A stretch of 63,915 nt of DNA, filler included, from Choristocarpus tenellus KU-1152 (Eukaryota; Protista; Phaeophyceae), in the NCBI GenBank assembly GCA_964200185.2. It is 12 parts of 12 records of this genome, joined end to end, with 100 filler letters (N's around TTAATTAATTAA, not from the genome) between each part and the next. Parts side by side here need not be neighbours in the genome. Positions count along the whole stretch, not along the records: positions 51,179 to 54,259 come from CAXNAD020022454.1; positions 54,360 to 60,120 come from CAXNAD020009816.1; positions 60,221 to 63,915 come from CAXNAD020018454.1; 9 more parts are not named here. One strand, 5' to 3'. Each line of letters opens with the position of its first letter. Position 1 is the stretch's first letter. Shown in pieces: positions 53,401-63,915 of this stretch. The notes beneath the pieces were generated by a model that did not search any database, was not told where the DNA came from, and saw only the letters and a program-made list of their open reading frames with translations. The position numbers and the translations under genes are program-made.

Positions 53401-53769
53401 ACTACAAAGGACATCACAAGGTTCTTCAGGGAACGGGATGGTAAGGACAATATTACCTCTTCAACTACTGCTCTCCACCAAGGACTATTTGAAATTTTAT
53501 CCCACCCCATTGGGCCTGTAGTGTAGATGATGTCTTCCAGAAATTTTCCACTCGTGCACATTTTGGAAGGGTTAGGGTTTTTTTCAAAGGGCTGAGGTAA
53601 GGGGTGCTTGTTTCACTTGATAACTGAAAGTGTGGCAGGGGTACAGCCAAATGGATTTGTGCATGCTGTGTCAGAAACCTCCGCCCGAAGTATCGTGTTT
53701 GTGGGGAAAATTGAGGTTAGCCATAATAGTCAGATCAGTTCAGTAGAGATGTACTGTGTAGGTACTGTT

Positions 53770-54028
53770 GAGCCAAAGTATCTCAGAGGGTAGATCCGTG
53801 TCAATTCGTGGACCAAAATCCAATGTTGCGCTTTTGATGTAACTTTGGCCATCGTGTTCGTTAGGAAGTGTCAATATTCATGTTCCCCACACACCTGTTC
53901 ATAACTTATACACGTTACCTGCTTCGAATTTATTTTGGAGTAGGAAAATATCATTAATAAACCCATGGAAAGCCAAGCCCATATGGACAAACAAGGCAAA
54001 ACTCGTACCCTTATAGATACTTTCACTC
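53770..54028 (+). mobile_element. MITE family B (Sola2-like), complete copy with 4-bp TSD TGTT
   Basis: tgtt|gagccaaagtatct...agatactttcactc|tgtt. Confidence 0.85.
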
Positions 54029-56994
54029 TGTTCTGCATAACGTAAGGGAGTGTGTATGAATATGTGTGTATATGTGTGTAAGTAGTATTGTTGGGAAGAT
54101 TCTTGAACAGTGGTACTTCACAGCAAGAAGTGGCGGCTTGTTGCTTTTCATTTTTAGATGAAAAAATAATACATTATTGCTGTCCATGAAACAGGCACAC
54201 TTCATCCCATCCATCCCTCACGAATGAAACCCATGTGCAACACTGTGAAGTCCTCAAGGNNNNNNNNNNNNNNNNNNNNNNNNNNNNNNNNNNNNNNNNN
54301 NNNTTAATTAATTAANNNNNNNNNNNNNNNNNNNNNNNNNNNNNNNNNNNNNNNNNNNNCCCCCGCATAATAAGAGCCATTCTCACAACAGCAAACAATA
54401 AGCAAGTCGGATGAACTTCGAAGCACACAAACATATATTTATTTTTGTAGAGGATATAAAAAATAAAACTCTCGGTATGCAAGAAACGTCTTGGTTGGTC
54501 TCTCTCTCCCAACACAGTTGCGTCTCCACCCCCCCCGCCCCCTACCCCCCCAAAGAGGAAAAAACTCCCGAGCTTTAAAAAAAACAGTTATACGAGGTGA
54601 TTTTTTTGGTCGATTTTTTTTAACTACTCTATTTTCGAAATAGAACCTAAACTAGGGTTAGGGTCTACACATACAGTCTGCAGGCGGTATAGTACATGAA
54701 TGCACGGGAAACCATTGATGATGCACGCCAAATCACATAAAAACCAAGAGTGGAAAGTAACATACCATCAAACTACTTTTTTTTAATTTTTTTTTAATTT
54801 TAATATTCTCGCAAAGAGTTGGGATTCTTCTTGAAAAAAAGGCCTACACAGACAGTCCTGCATCAAATCGAGCTGTCAACCCTGTTCTGAGCAGGTCTCC
54901 CACGACTGAGTGGAGGCATCAGGTTGCCCAACCAAAAACCTACTATTATCAAGCAAGTGGCAGGTAACGTGTAATCACTAGAAATGGTTGTGCATCTCCC
55001 TCAAGACCACAGGAAGTGCATTGTGATGCAAGAGCCTTGGTTTTGAAGACCCACACACCCCTCTCTCTAAAATTGTTCAAACTAAGCACAGAGGTACTGA
55101 GTATTTGATAGCACACTAGAGTACTCTCTGATAAAAAACACTTCGGGGAAGTGCTACACAGAGCTAGCTCAACAAATCACTGGACCTCGAACTATTTTGT
55201 ACTAGTAATTAATTCTCAACAAACATTCTCGTACTTCAATCTGATTACTAGTATCCCTACAAAAATGTGGAAATCTTAATTTTTTCCCCCAAGAATGCCC
55301 CTCCTCTACAAAAAAAAATCTTTGAAATAAACTAGACCTCTTAAACCAACGAAGAAAAACAAACAAACAAACTCGGTCACACTCAAGAGCTCTGCAAGGG
55401 AGGAAAATGTTCAAGCCAACAGGCCCATCAATCACAACTCAAAAAGAACAATCAAGCAAGCCACTGCCAACACCACATTGTCAATAAGGGCACTACAGCC
55501 AACCTACTGCCCCCAAAAGACAAAAGGGCAAAGCATCATCCCCCAGCTTTGAAAAGTTTAGATAGAGCGTTTTGGTGCCAAACCCTTTCAATCGGGAGAC
55601 CGGTAACGAACCACTTGTTCTCTTCTCCCCCTCTTCCCCTCATCCACGACCCTTTACGAGGCAATCTCAACAACATTGCAAACAATTCACCTTGTTTCGC
55701 CTGGGGCTTGGGTTGGGTTGGGTTGATTCTAGCAATTTTATCCCCAATCGCCGCAAAAAAAAAGGTGGAGCTGTTGGCAAATGCCTTCAAAAGGCTTGTA
55801 AACCCAAGATGCGAATACTGTTGAAACAACGACGACCAATACAGTCATACAGTCTATCACCTCACCTCCATCAAATGGTCACAAAAATGCCAACACTGAC
55901 TGAGGCATACCCCTACCGGGTATCATACGTAGAGCACAAGCACAAAAAAGGACCGATGCTAGGGTCAGGGTTGTCAATCAAGAGGATTGACTGTTGGTGA
56001 CTAGATACAAAAAATCAGATCCTGATGTGCTCAATTGGATCAAGCTGTCGCAGGGTGAAGCCAGTGGCGGGGCATGGTGTGCAAACAGCCAAACAGTGTG
56101 GTAAGGAATCTTTTGCCGGCACGCAGCATGCATACCCAGGAGGGGATGGCCAACTCACCAATTGAGAGGTTTCAATCATGATACTATTGTTTATTGACTA
56201 AATGAATAGTGATTCAAAAACTTATCTTATCGTATGTCTATTAGAAGGGGGGTTGCCGCCATTTCAAACGAATGATCATGTTCCCTTTCAGGACACCAAC
56301 ACACCAACACACACACCAACACGAAAACGAGCAAGGCATGACCTTGCCCTTGTCACTCACTAATTTAAACTTCCAACAGTTTGAGAGGTGTTCTCACTCA
56401 AGATACTGGTTTGGAACCGAAAAAACGCCTCCGTAAGAAGTAGTGCATAATAGAGTGGATTAAATTGATTCCGCAGTGGGTTCCACGAATATTGGCTGGG
56501 GCACAGGCAGGCGGATTCGCAATACTGTTCTGACCTTTCAATTTGGACAGAATACCCTAACCCTATTTGCTGCAGCTCGAAGTAGACTCAACAACACAGC
56601 AACTGCTAAACAAATACTTGCTACGTCGCATTGTTCTTGTTCCACTCAATCTGTGAATACGATCGACTAAAAACCACAGTCTACAGCAGCAACAAAAGTA
56701 CACTTTAGTGGTTTTTTCGCCTCACGACCAGTCTTCCTCGGTACCACACCAGAAAAGTTTGACGGGATATGATCTAGGGGTGCAAGCACGCATGTAGACC
56801 ATATAACAAGAGAAACGAATATCCAAAAGTCACGCATTAAAGCCTCAAACACACCTCAGACTCTCTCACGTACAATACATCCTACGGATGGGGTAAGAGT
56901 GTTTATAACAATTTCTGAAGAGAGGAATGCACACGCGATTGTAAAAGATATGCCATAGGAATCCAGTATTGTGTTGCATATTCCGTAATCTCAC

Positions 56995-57134
56995 CCCCAT
57001 TTCCCGCTGTTTCCACCTCCTCCTCCGTAGGTCCCATCTTTCCCGTAGCCCCCGTCTTTTCCGTAGCCCCCATCATCACCACCAACCCCTCCATACCCTC
57101 CATCATCACGTCCCCTGTCATAAAGGTCCGACAT
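56995..57134 (-). CDS. Probable first exon of a Gly/Asp/Tyr-rich protein
   Basis: aaaaATG start; MSDLYDRGRDDGGYGGVGGDDGGYGKDGGYGKDGTYGGGGGNSGKW, then GG|gtgaga. A phase-compatible candidate second exon lies near 55915-56000. Confidence 0.55.
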
Positions 57135-58047
57135 TTTTCCTGCTTTCTCAGGTGACCGCTCTGAGGGGTCAATCAAGAAAGGGGAAAGATTGACTGAGAT
57201 ACCAAATTCCAAGGTGAGGGGTAGAGGAAGGTCTCCTCTCAGATTGTATGCCCTGAAGGCCTCGAACACCAATAGGAGTAACATACGCCAAACACATCGC
57301 TTGTCTCCAACATGTGGGGGAACTATTAGAGAAGAGATGTTAGAGAGAGTGATGAGATTTGCTATTCATGGTATGACCCTTCGATCAACACCTAACAGAT
57401 GGACCAGGCGATGCACCAGAGAGGGGTCTTTCTCTGGTCACGCCCTCATTCTTACAAGAGTGAGACAACTAGCTTGCTTCACTCCACTATTGGAAGGCTG
57501 CAGTAAAAATTACTGGTTGATAACAGAATACCGAAGTGCAAGTCTTCCCATTGAGACAGGACGTCGACTGGGGGACAGGCAATGTCACAAAACAGGACTC
57601 AGTTGGAGATACTTCTTCATATGGCACGAAAGGGGAAAAGTGGGTGGAACTATCAGTACCCAGTTCCCTTCTTCCACAACCAGTGGTTACCTCGACGAAT
57701 CTGAGACGAAAGAGAAGAGCAGGACTCCCTTTCTTCACCTCGAGGGGATCGTGTAGTGTCCTGGGTGGACAAGAACCACAATCGACAAGTATCACGGAGG
57801 CGTCGGTCAGTTGATCAAGTTGGAAACTTGAAAACCTTCCAACAACCTCAACTCAACAAACACTCCCTCAAGTTAGCCCTTGCTCGTTGATGAGAGGGCT
57901 GGAAAAGAGTTGGAAAGGGCAGTAAGCCGACTCTCGTAGTGGCCGTAGTGGGGTGACACGCGAGAGGAACGCTCTCTGTGAAACACGCTAGGCCAGGTAA
58001 GGTCAACCGAGTTGTGAACTTCTTTTTTGGGACAAGGGGAGGATAAC

Positions 58048-58394
58048 ATGACTCGGAGTGAAGCGAATCCTCGGCGTGGGTCCCGTACCAGACATATGGA
58101 GCAGAGCGATGGTTTAGCGGGAAAAAATAGATCTGCCTTGTCGGCACTCCCACCTGAGTCACAAACTGAAGAAACAGCTCGTGTGGACTCGACTTCTGGG
58201 AAGACCTACTTGATCGCAGCGGCGGGTATAAAAGCTATGACAGAACACATGCAGGACATAGAGAGGGGCCGCAACCTGAAGCAGCGTATAGCCTCATGGG
58301 CGGACAGAGCCGGACTTGACCTTCCTTCTGTGGAACCTGCTCTCGGTTTTCTTGATGTTCTTGGGGTAAGCCGGTTCGTGGAGGTTGGTGTAAA
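58048..58394 (+). CDS. NELFB: NELF-B / COBRA1-like protein, first exon (donor position uncertain, 58365-58394)
   Basis: aacATG start; RIASWADRAGLDLPSVEPALGFLDVLGVSR resembles the NELF-B N-terminal block (human, from memory: AIEQFQTENGVLLPSLQSALPFLDLHGTPR). Confidence 0.6.
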
Positions 58395-59305
58395 GTGAGT
58401 CAAAGTATGTGTCGCATATGTCATACACTGTAGCAATGATTGAAGGGGCAGGGCATCATCCTAGTGCCACTGATTTTCCCTTGCTGCACCGTTCAGAAAA
58501 CTGAGACTTGTGAAAGAACGAGCTTTCCGTAGAAGGTCCTCATACTGTCGCAAAATGCTATCGAATACTTGCACATCAGCCATGTAACACGATTTGTTGC
58601 CGAGCGAAAACATTCAAGGCCCCAGAAATGCATTTGCTACTCACGCAGCATGCACTTGTGGATGCTACCAATTGTGTAAGGGAGGGAAAATGCAACTTTT
58701 CACACAGGATGCTTCTTTCTTCCGGATTCCTCAGTAGCTGCATCACAAAAGTACAGGTGTTGGGTAGATATCTTTGCAAGTGTTGGTCCTATCAGCCAAC
58801 ATAGTTGGATGCCAAGTGTAAATGTGAACATTCACTTCTAACAACCAACTGAGCATGGTTTGTAGAGATGGCGATCTTGAGGCCACCAGTTCTTTATACA
58901 TAGGAACTCCACTGGCTTCAGTGAGTACTTAAACTAATACATGCCCCTAATGGATACAAGCAGCACATGTCCTATTACTTTGGAGTTGCATTCCTGTGGT
59001 TCACAAATTTTTTTAAGGGGTCTACTCCTGTCTATAGCATTTCGAGTTATTTGAAGTGTTATCACCATTGAATATTGAATAGAGATGCTTGCAGAAACGT
59101 TTACCATTCAGTAACTTGGCGACCTGACGTCAATGATGCACCACTCCTGCCAATGCCTTGACTCCAGTATGTCATGCATAAGAGTTGACCAGACCCATGA
59201 CAATAGACCAAATGGGTGTGGTAGCTTATCTGCTTGCCTGTCATCCCCTCAACAATACACTGCTTATTGTTCTCAGCCCTTCCTGATGGCCTGTTAGAGT
59301 CAGTT

Positions 59306-59390
59306 GAAGATGTAACCTAGCTGAGGGTCATTCCCTCTGGTGCTGAGACAGAGGTCCTCAAGTGGGGAGTTCAAACCCTCACCATCCTCA
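59306..59390 (+). pseudogene. tRNA-like cloverleaf (tRNA pseudogene or SINE head)
   Basis: GAAGATG/CATCCTC acceptor (6 of 7 pairs), ACCT/GGGT D-stem, CCTCTG/CAGAGG stem and GTGGGG-AGTTCAAAC-CCTCAC T-arm; loops are non-canonical in size. Confidence 0.4.
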
Positions 59391-59601
59391 CATTTATATT
59401 TCTTTCTGTTTTTTCACACCAGAAAGCTCTTGTTGCCCCCTTTCATTGTCTGAGACAAGGTGAGTCGTGCAACAGTGTACAAGAGCCTTATGGAGAGTGC
59501 ACTGCAGACCCTTCTTGACATGATACCTCAGTTGGACAAGGAGGTTCTAGTTGCCCTGCTGCTTGATTCATTCCGGTGAGTCAAACGCACATTATCTACA
59601 G

Positions 59602-59653
59602 ATGCATGGATGTCAAATGCATGGATGTCAAATGCATGGATGTCAAATGCATG
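59602..59653. repeat. 15-bp minisatellite, about 3.5 copies
   Basis: (atgcatggatgtcaa)3 followed by atgcatg. Confidence 0.9.
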
Positions 59654-60036
59654 CACTGAGCAACACCCAACACACCCCCAATCAACCTGGTTAACCATAC
59701 CTGTGTACCAGGTATGAGGGGTTGATAGGTGCATGGAGCACGCTCCTTTCCTCCCCCCTTCCAGCAATCGCAGTGGCCTGTATGTATGTACTCGGAGGAA
59801 TAGCGATTTGACACTATCTAGCCCTTTCATCCTCCTCCCTTATTTGAAGTTGGGGTCGGAGGCCTTTCCTGGTACGTTCTGGAGTTCCACCTTCTATCTT
59901 TGAAGAACACACGTTTTCAATTTCACTGTACTAGCACTTTTTGTAGTGTTTAGGGAGGCCACTACACTGGGGAGTGTTTAAGTGAATTTGTCCACCAATA
60001 TGCAAAGGATGGATAGACGATGCCTCCAAATTGCAA

Positions 60037-60079
<43 letters not shown>

Positions 60080-60330
60080 ACCACCACCCCCCTCAACCCC
60101 ACCCAAACTCCCGCGCCAGCNNNNNNNNNNNNNNNNNNNNNNNNNNNNNNNNNNNNNNNNNNNNTTAATTAATTAANNNNNNNNNNNNNNNNNNNNNNNN
60201 NNNNNNNNNNNNNNNNNNNNCCCCCCCCACCAACCCCCCCCACCCACAAAGCCCCCCCCCCCCCCCCCCTCCCAAATTCCACTTGTCTCTTCTTGGACAA
60301 AGAACCCCACCACACCAACCCACAACTAAC

Positions 60331-62758
60331 CTCCCTGGCACGAAGGTCCCATGCCCGTACACCTCCTCTCCTTGTCCCAAAGACCAACGGCGAGCCCAGT
60401 TCAGTGTTGAAATGATGTATACTCAGGACCTCACCATCCCCAGGGCTCACCGACCGGACCAGCGATGAACCACAGACTCTTAAGGAAGTACCACCTCCAA
60501 AACGCATTTGGGCAGACCCCACACCTCCACCTCCAGTCCCAGCATATCCAAATCCACTGACCTTGGAGGGGCTGTGACTGCTAACATTAAGGTTTCCTGT
60601 AGAGGGATTGAAGGCGTTGGTGTAGCGTACCCCATACTGAGACCTGTGAGTAGGAGGTGGGGAGATGGAGCCCCCCCAGCCGTTGCCCCCCCCAACTGTC
60701 ACTGTCCCCCCTGCCCCCCCAGCGAAATGCGACATGGCAGAGGGGGCAAGCTCAACACGCCACACCTGAGCCAACATACATTAACCGGGACAGGGAGTAG
60801 GGGTGAATAGAGAGAGGGGAAATTATTTCAAATACTGTACTTTGTGAGAGAGGGTTAGATGTGGTTTGGGGTGAGGGATGTACATTGGACCAGCCCTGTC
60901 GATGATCACCTCACCCTCTTGCTTTGGTCGCAATGAAGGCAGGAGGGATCCAACCCTTGCTTGTGTAGACCCTAGCCAACCCCAAAGTAAAAAAAAACAG
61001 TAGTTGTTCTGTAATAAAAAAAATAATACCTCTCTGCAATACCATACTGCAGCGATGATCATCAAAATATTATTATTGTTATTATTATTTTGGAGCACCC
61101 AATACCTAGTACAACAAAAGAGACCTATGTTGTTATTACTATTTAAATATATTGGGGTTTACCAATCAAAAGTGAAAAAGAGTGCTGTCCAGTACGCCAT
61201 CACACATCTCTAACAACACTACAGGGATGGAGAGCACACCATTGACCTATCTCAAGAGCGTTTAAATAAGTATTCTTGACATGCAACCACCTCCTAAGGA
61301 GAAGCATGTCCTGGCGACTCATAGTTTGGAGTATTTCTCAAGGGCCAACAATTATGCAACCAATCAAATCCAAAAAATACCCTGCTCACGCCAGCTTCAT
61401 GAACTCCCGTCCCATCCCAAGCACCATGACATATATAGACCTGTTTCCTCCTGTTCTTCCGAAATAGTTCAAAATCGAGAGGGAAGAAGTTGGAACCGTT
61501 TTTCTGTCAGTACCTATGTTGGTCGACACCCATGTGTGGCATCTTGAACAACATTTAACATCAACCTAGAACATTCTCCCGCTGCCCCCACCTCTGTGTG
61601 TCAGAAACCGCTCACGATCAAGAACCAAAAAATAATGCTTCCTCCTACATCGTATCATTGCTTGTTTCACCTCAGGCTAAAAAAAAAAAAAAGCACTCAA
61701 ATTTTGAGAATTTGAAATCTCAGTCTGGTAAAAGAAAAAGAAGAGTCTACATGCATTCAATAATAGGGTCCCATATTTGAGTAATTCAATGCATAATTCA
61801 AAACCAAACGTTCTAAGGATGTATGTAGGGCTCTATTCGGAATAGTGGAAAAATCGTGGATTATTCTTTTTGAAAGGAACAATCCGAGAAAAGTATCTTT
61901 TGAAGGAACCACACCAATTCTGGACCTTCCGAAAATACTAAGTGACTGGGCTGTGTCCTGGTCCCACTGGACTGGATCGGTAGTTCACCAGTCAAGTACA
62001 CAACCCTAAGAATTGGAAGTAATCAAGAAAACAAATGGGTAGACTTGTTTGGAGGCGAAACTTCAGCTTCATAGCTAAACTGTGAGGCTCATCTTGCGTC
62101 AGGCAACAGATGAGTGTGGCCATTGGCATATTGGGACCCATTCAATCATTAAAAAATTTTCATGTAGTTATACAGTATGTTACCCCTATAACACAGGAAA
62201 ATGTTAGGTTCAAGTCTTTTGAAGCCTCCACTCCACCACTACAACGTTACCCCAATCTCTGAACCCTCCCATACTCAAACCTAGCCAGTAAAGTACATGT
62301 CTCTCCAGCCCAACCTTATCAGTGCACCTTCTTGATGTGCTGTGATTGCATCAATTGCAACAAACCGTCTCACAAAGTAACAATAACAATAATAATAATA
62401 ATATAATAATAATACCAGATACAGCAACAACAATCAACACAAAGGGATATCACGTATCATAACCAACACAATACCGCTACATATTTACTGGAGTCTATTC
62501 ATACTAGGTGCTTTGAGCATCAAGTACTGTCGGAACAAGCAACACCTACAAGCATCACCTACAAACACCTAAATACAGAACACACTACTAAGTACAGAAG
62601 TACAAATCACGCACATGAATGGTACCATTAGAAGAAGCAGATGCCACAGAGTGGGAGTTGTCCACCATACAGGCGTCCAGAAGCTGCCCTCCCTGCTTTG
62701 TGTACGTTACACGTGACTGTGGACTGACATTGTGGTCCATGCCCCTGAGTTCCCACAC
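60331..62758 (-). CDS. VPS15: VPS15/PIK3R4 WD40 region, two internal exons (62615-62758, 60331-60765)
   Basis: VWELRGMD...SRVTYTKQGG...NSHSVASASSNGTIH|VWRVE...GEVLSIHHFNTELGSPLVFGTRRGGVRAWDLR matches the VPS15 WD repeats (SxxTY, HHFN, WDLR); phase-0 AG/GT junctions. Confidence 0.85.
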
Positions 62759-63811
62759 CTCGTCACAACGACAGTGGGGGACCAAGGAGTGGGGGGATGG
62801 GGGTGGGGGGGGAATGGGATGAGGAATTCAGTCCAAATCTCCTACAGGTCAAACACTGACTGCAAGATATACAAGATATACAAGATATACATGATATACA
62901 TGGAAGAACTGCGGTTACTAGAACAATTACATATTTGACATCAAAGATGAGAATTAGTCTATCCACAAACGGCATGAGCCAAGTTGTAGTGACAACGGGT
63001 GACAACCTTCAACGCCTCCAGCAATTGACTGTCATCACCACAACGCCCACATTTTCAACCCAGTTGCTCAGTTGTATCCAGTGAGGACCCTCAACCGTAT
63101 GTATCATATCCAACAACCCTCAAATCTCACTCCCAGACACGACCTGCAAAGATAATCACTAACCAGCAATCGATGATCAATGATCAACGTTAGACTTACG
63201 GATCACCTTGGTTTTTTTTGTTTTTTTTTTATTGCAATTGTTTCATCACCGCTGATCAATGTATCATTCAGGTCATTCAGGTCATAGTGCGCAGAGGCCA
63301 CAGACAAACCATGTGGCATTCATGTGGACGGTCAAGCATGGCAAGGCATAAAGGTCCCCCCTCCCACTCTCAACGACTGGTGAGCGGCCTGGTCAGAGGA
63401 AAAATTCTTAGGCTAGCTCCAGTTCTGCTTTACTCTTCTTGGAGTAATGGACTACAGTACAGTACACTACAGTGCTAGCAAAGGGGTGAGGTCTTTTCAC
63501 TTCCTCTCCACTTTGCGCCCACAAAGTGCCTACCACATAGGACAGACTATGGTGTGAGCAATAAGCGAAACCAACCAATTACTCTACATCTCCCAACTCC
63601 TTACCACAAGAAATCAAGTGCAAATACCTTGTGTGTGTGTGTGTGTGTGTGCGCATATGTGACCAAATCTAACTGGCACCAAATCAAACTCCTCCGGATA
63701 CAACAATAGCAACAACAACATACACCTCATCCATACTGCATTCAATTATGGCCCACCCCTCCACCCCCCCCACATACCCACTCCCCCTCCTTTCCGATCA
63801 ATCACAACAAA

Positions 63812-63847
63812 GGGTCAAAGTATCTGGGGGGGGGGGGGGGGGGGGGG
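63812..63847 (+). mobile_element. MITE family A terminus running into poly-G
   Basis: gggtcaaagtatct(g)n. Confidence 0.65.
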
Positions 63848-63915
63848 CGGCCCTCTTTCCCCTTTTTTTCGTTTTTTTCTTTTTTGGGGGGTTTTGGTTG
63901 CATTGGCCGAGAGGG

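Noticed and set aside
57190-57814. ORFs between the two divergent first exons
   Set aside because: Non-ATG starts and no recognisable motifs; more simply UTR or promoter sequence.
5629-60220. Regularly recurring TTAATTAATTAA palindrome in N runs
   Set aside because: Artificial six-frame-stop linker; adjacency of genes across linkers has no biological meaning.

Overview
This window is not contiguous DNA. It is 12 short contigs joined by artificial 100-nt linkers (44 N + TTAATTAATTAA + 44 N): 1-5628, 5729-10244, 10345-23778, 23879-28057, 28158-32856, 32957-38313, 38414-43473, 43574-47511, 47612-51078, 51179-54259, 54360-60120 and 60221-63915. The DNA is eukaryotic and intron-rich, with short exons, long TE-littered introns and GTGCGT/GTGAGT donors; it most resembles a brown alga or related photosynthetic stramenopile (inference). 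By hand-splicing with phase checks I recover partial genes for CIA30/NDUFAF1, two PP2C phosphatases, a divergent DUF2009 (UPF0652) protein with 7 exons, a glycerol-3-phosphate dehydrogenase exon with a probable GC donor, VPS15 WD40 exons, a NELF-B/COBRA1-like first exon head-to-head with a Gly-rich gene, and the 3' end of an unknown gene. The rest is mostly mobile DNA: copia remnants, RTE- and CRE-like LINE remnants, two MITE families sharing G(A/G)NNCAAAGTATCT ends and 4-bp TSDs (Sola2-like), a TA-flanked foldback MITE and hAT-like ends. The best leads are a decayed ~154-codon tandem-repeat protein of unknown family lying antisense in a probable DUF2009 intron, CpG-decay signatures in it, the NELF-B-like exon and a tRNA-like cloverleaf. 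I found no clear complete new biological system. All family assignments come from motif recall, not database searches.
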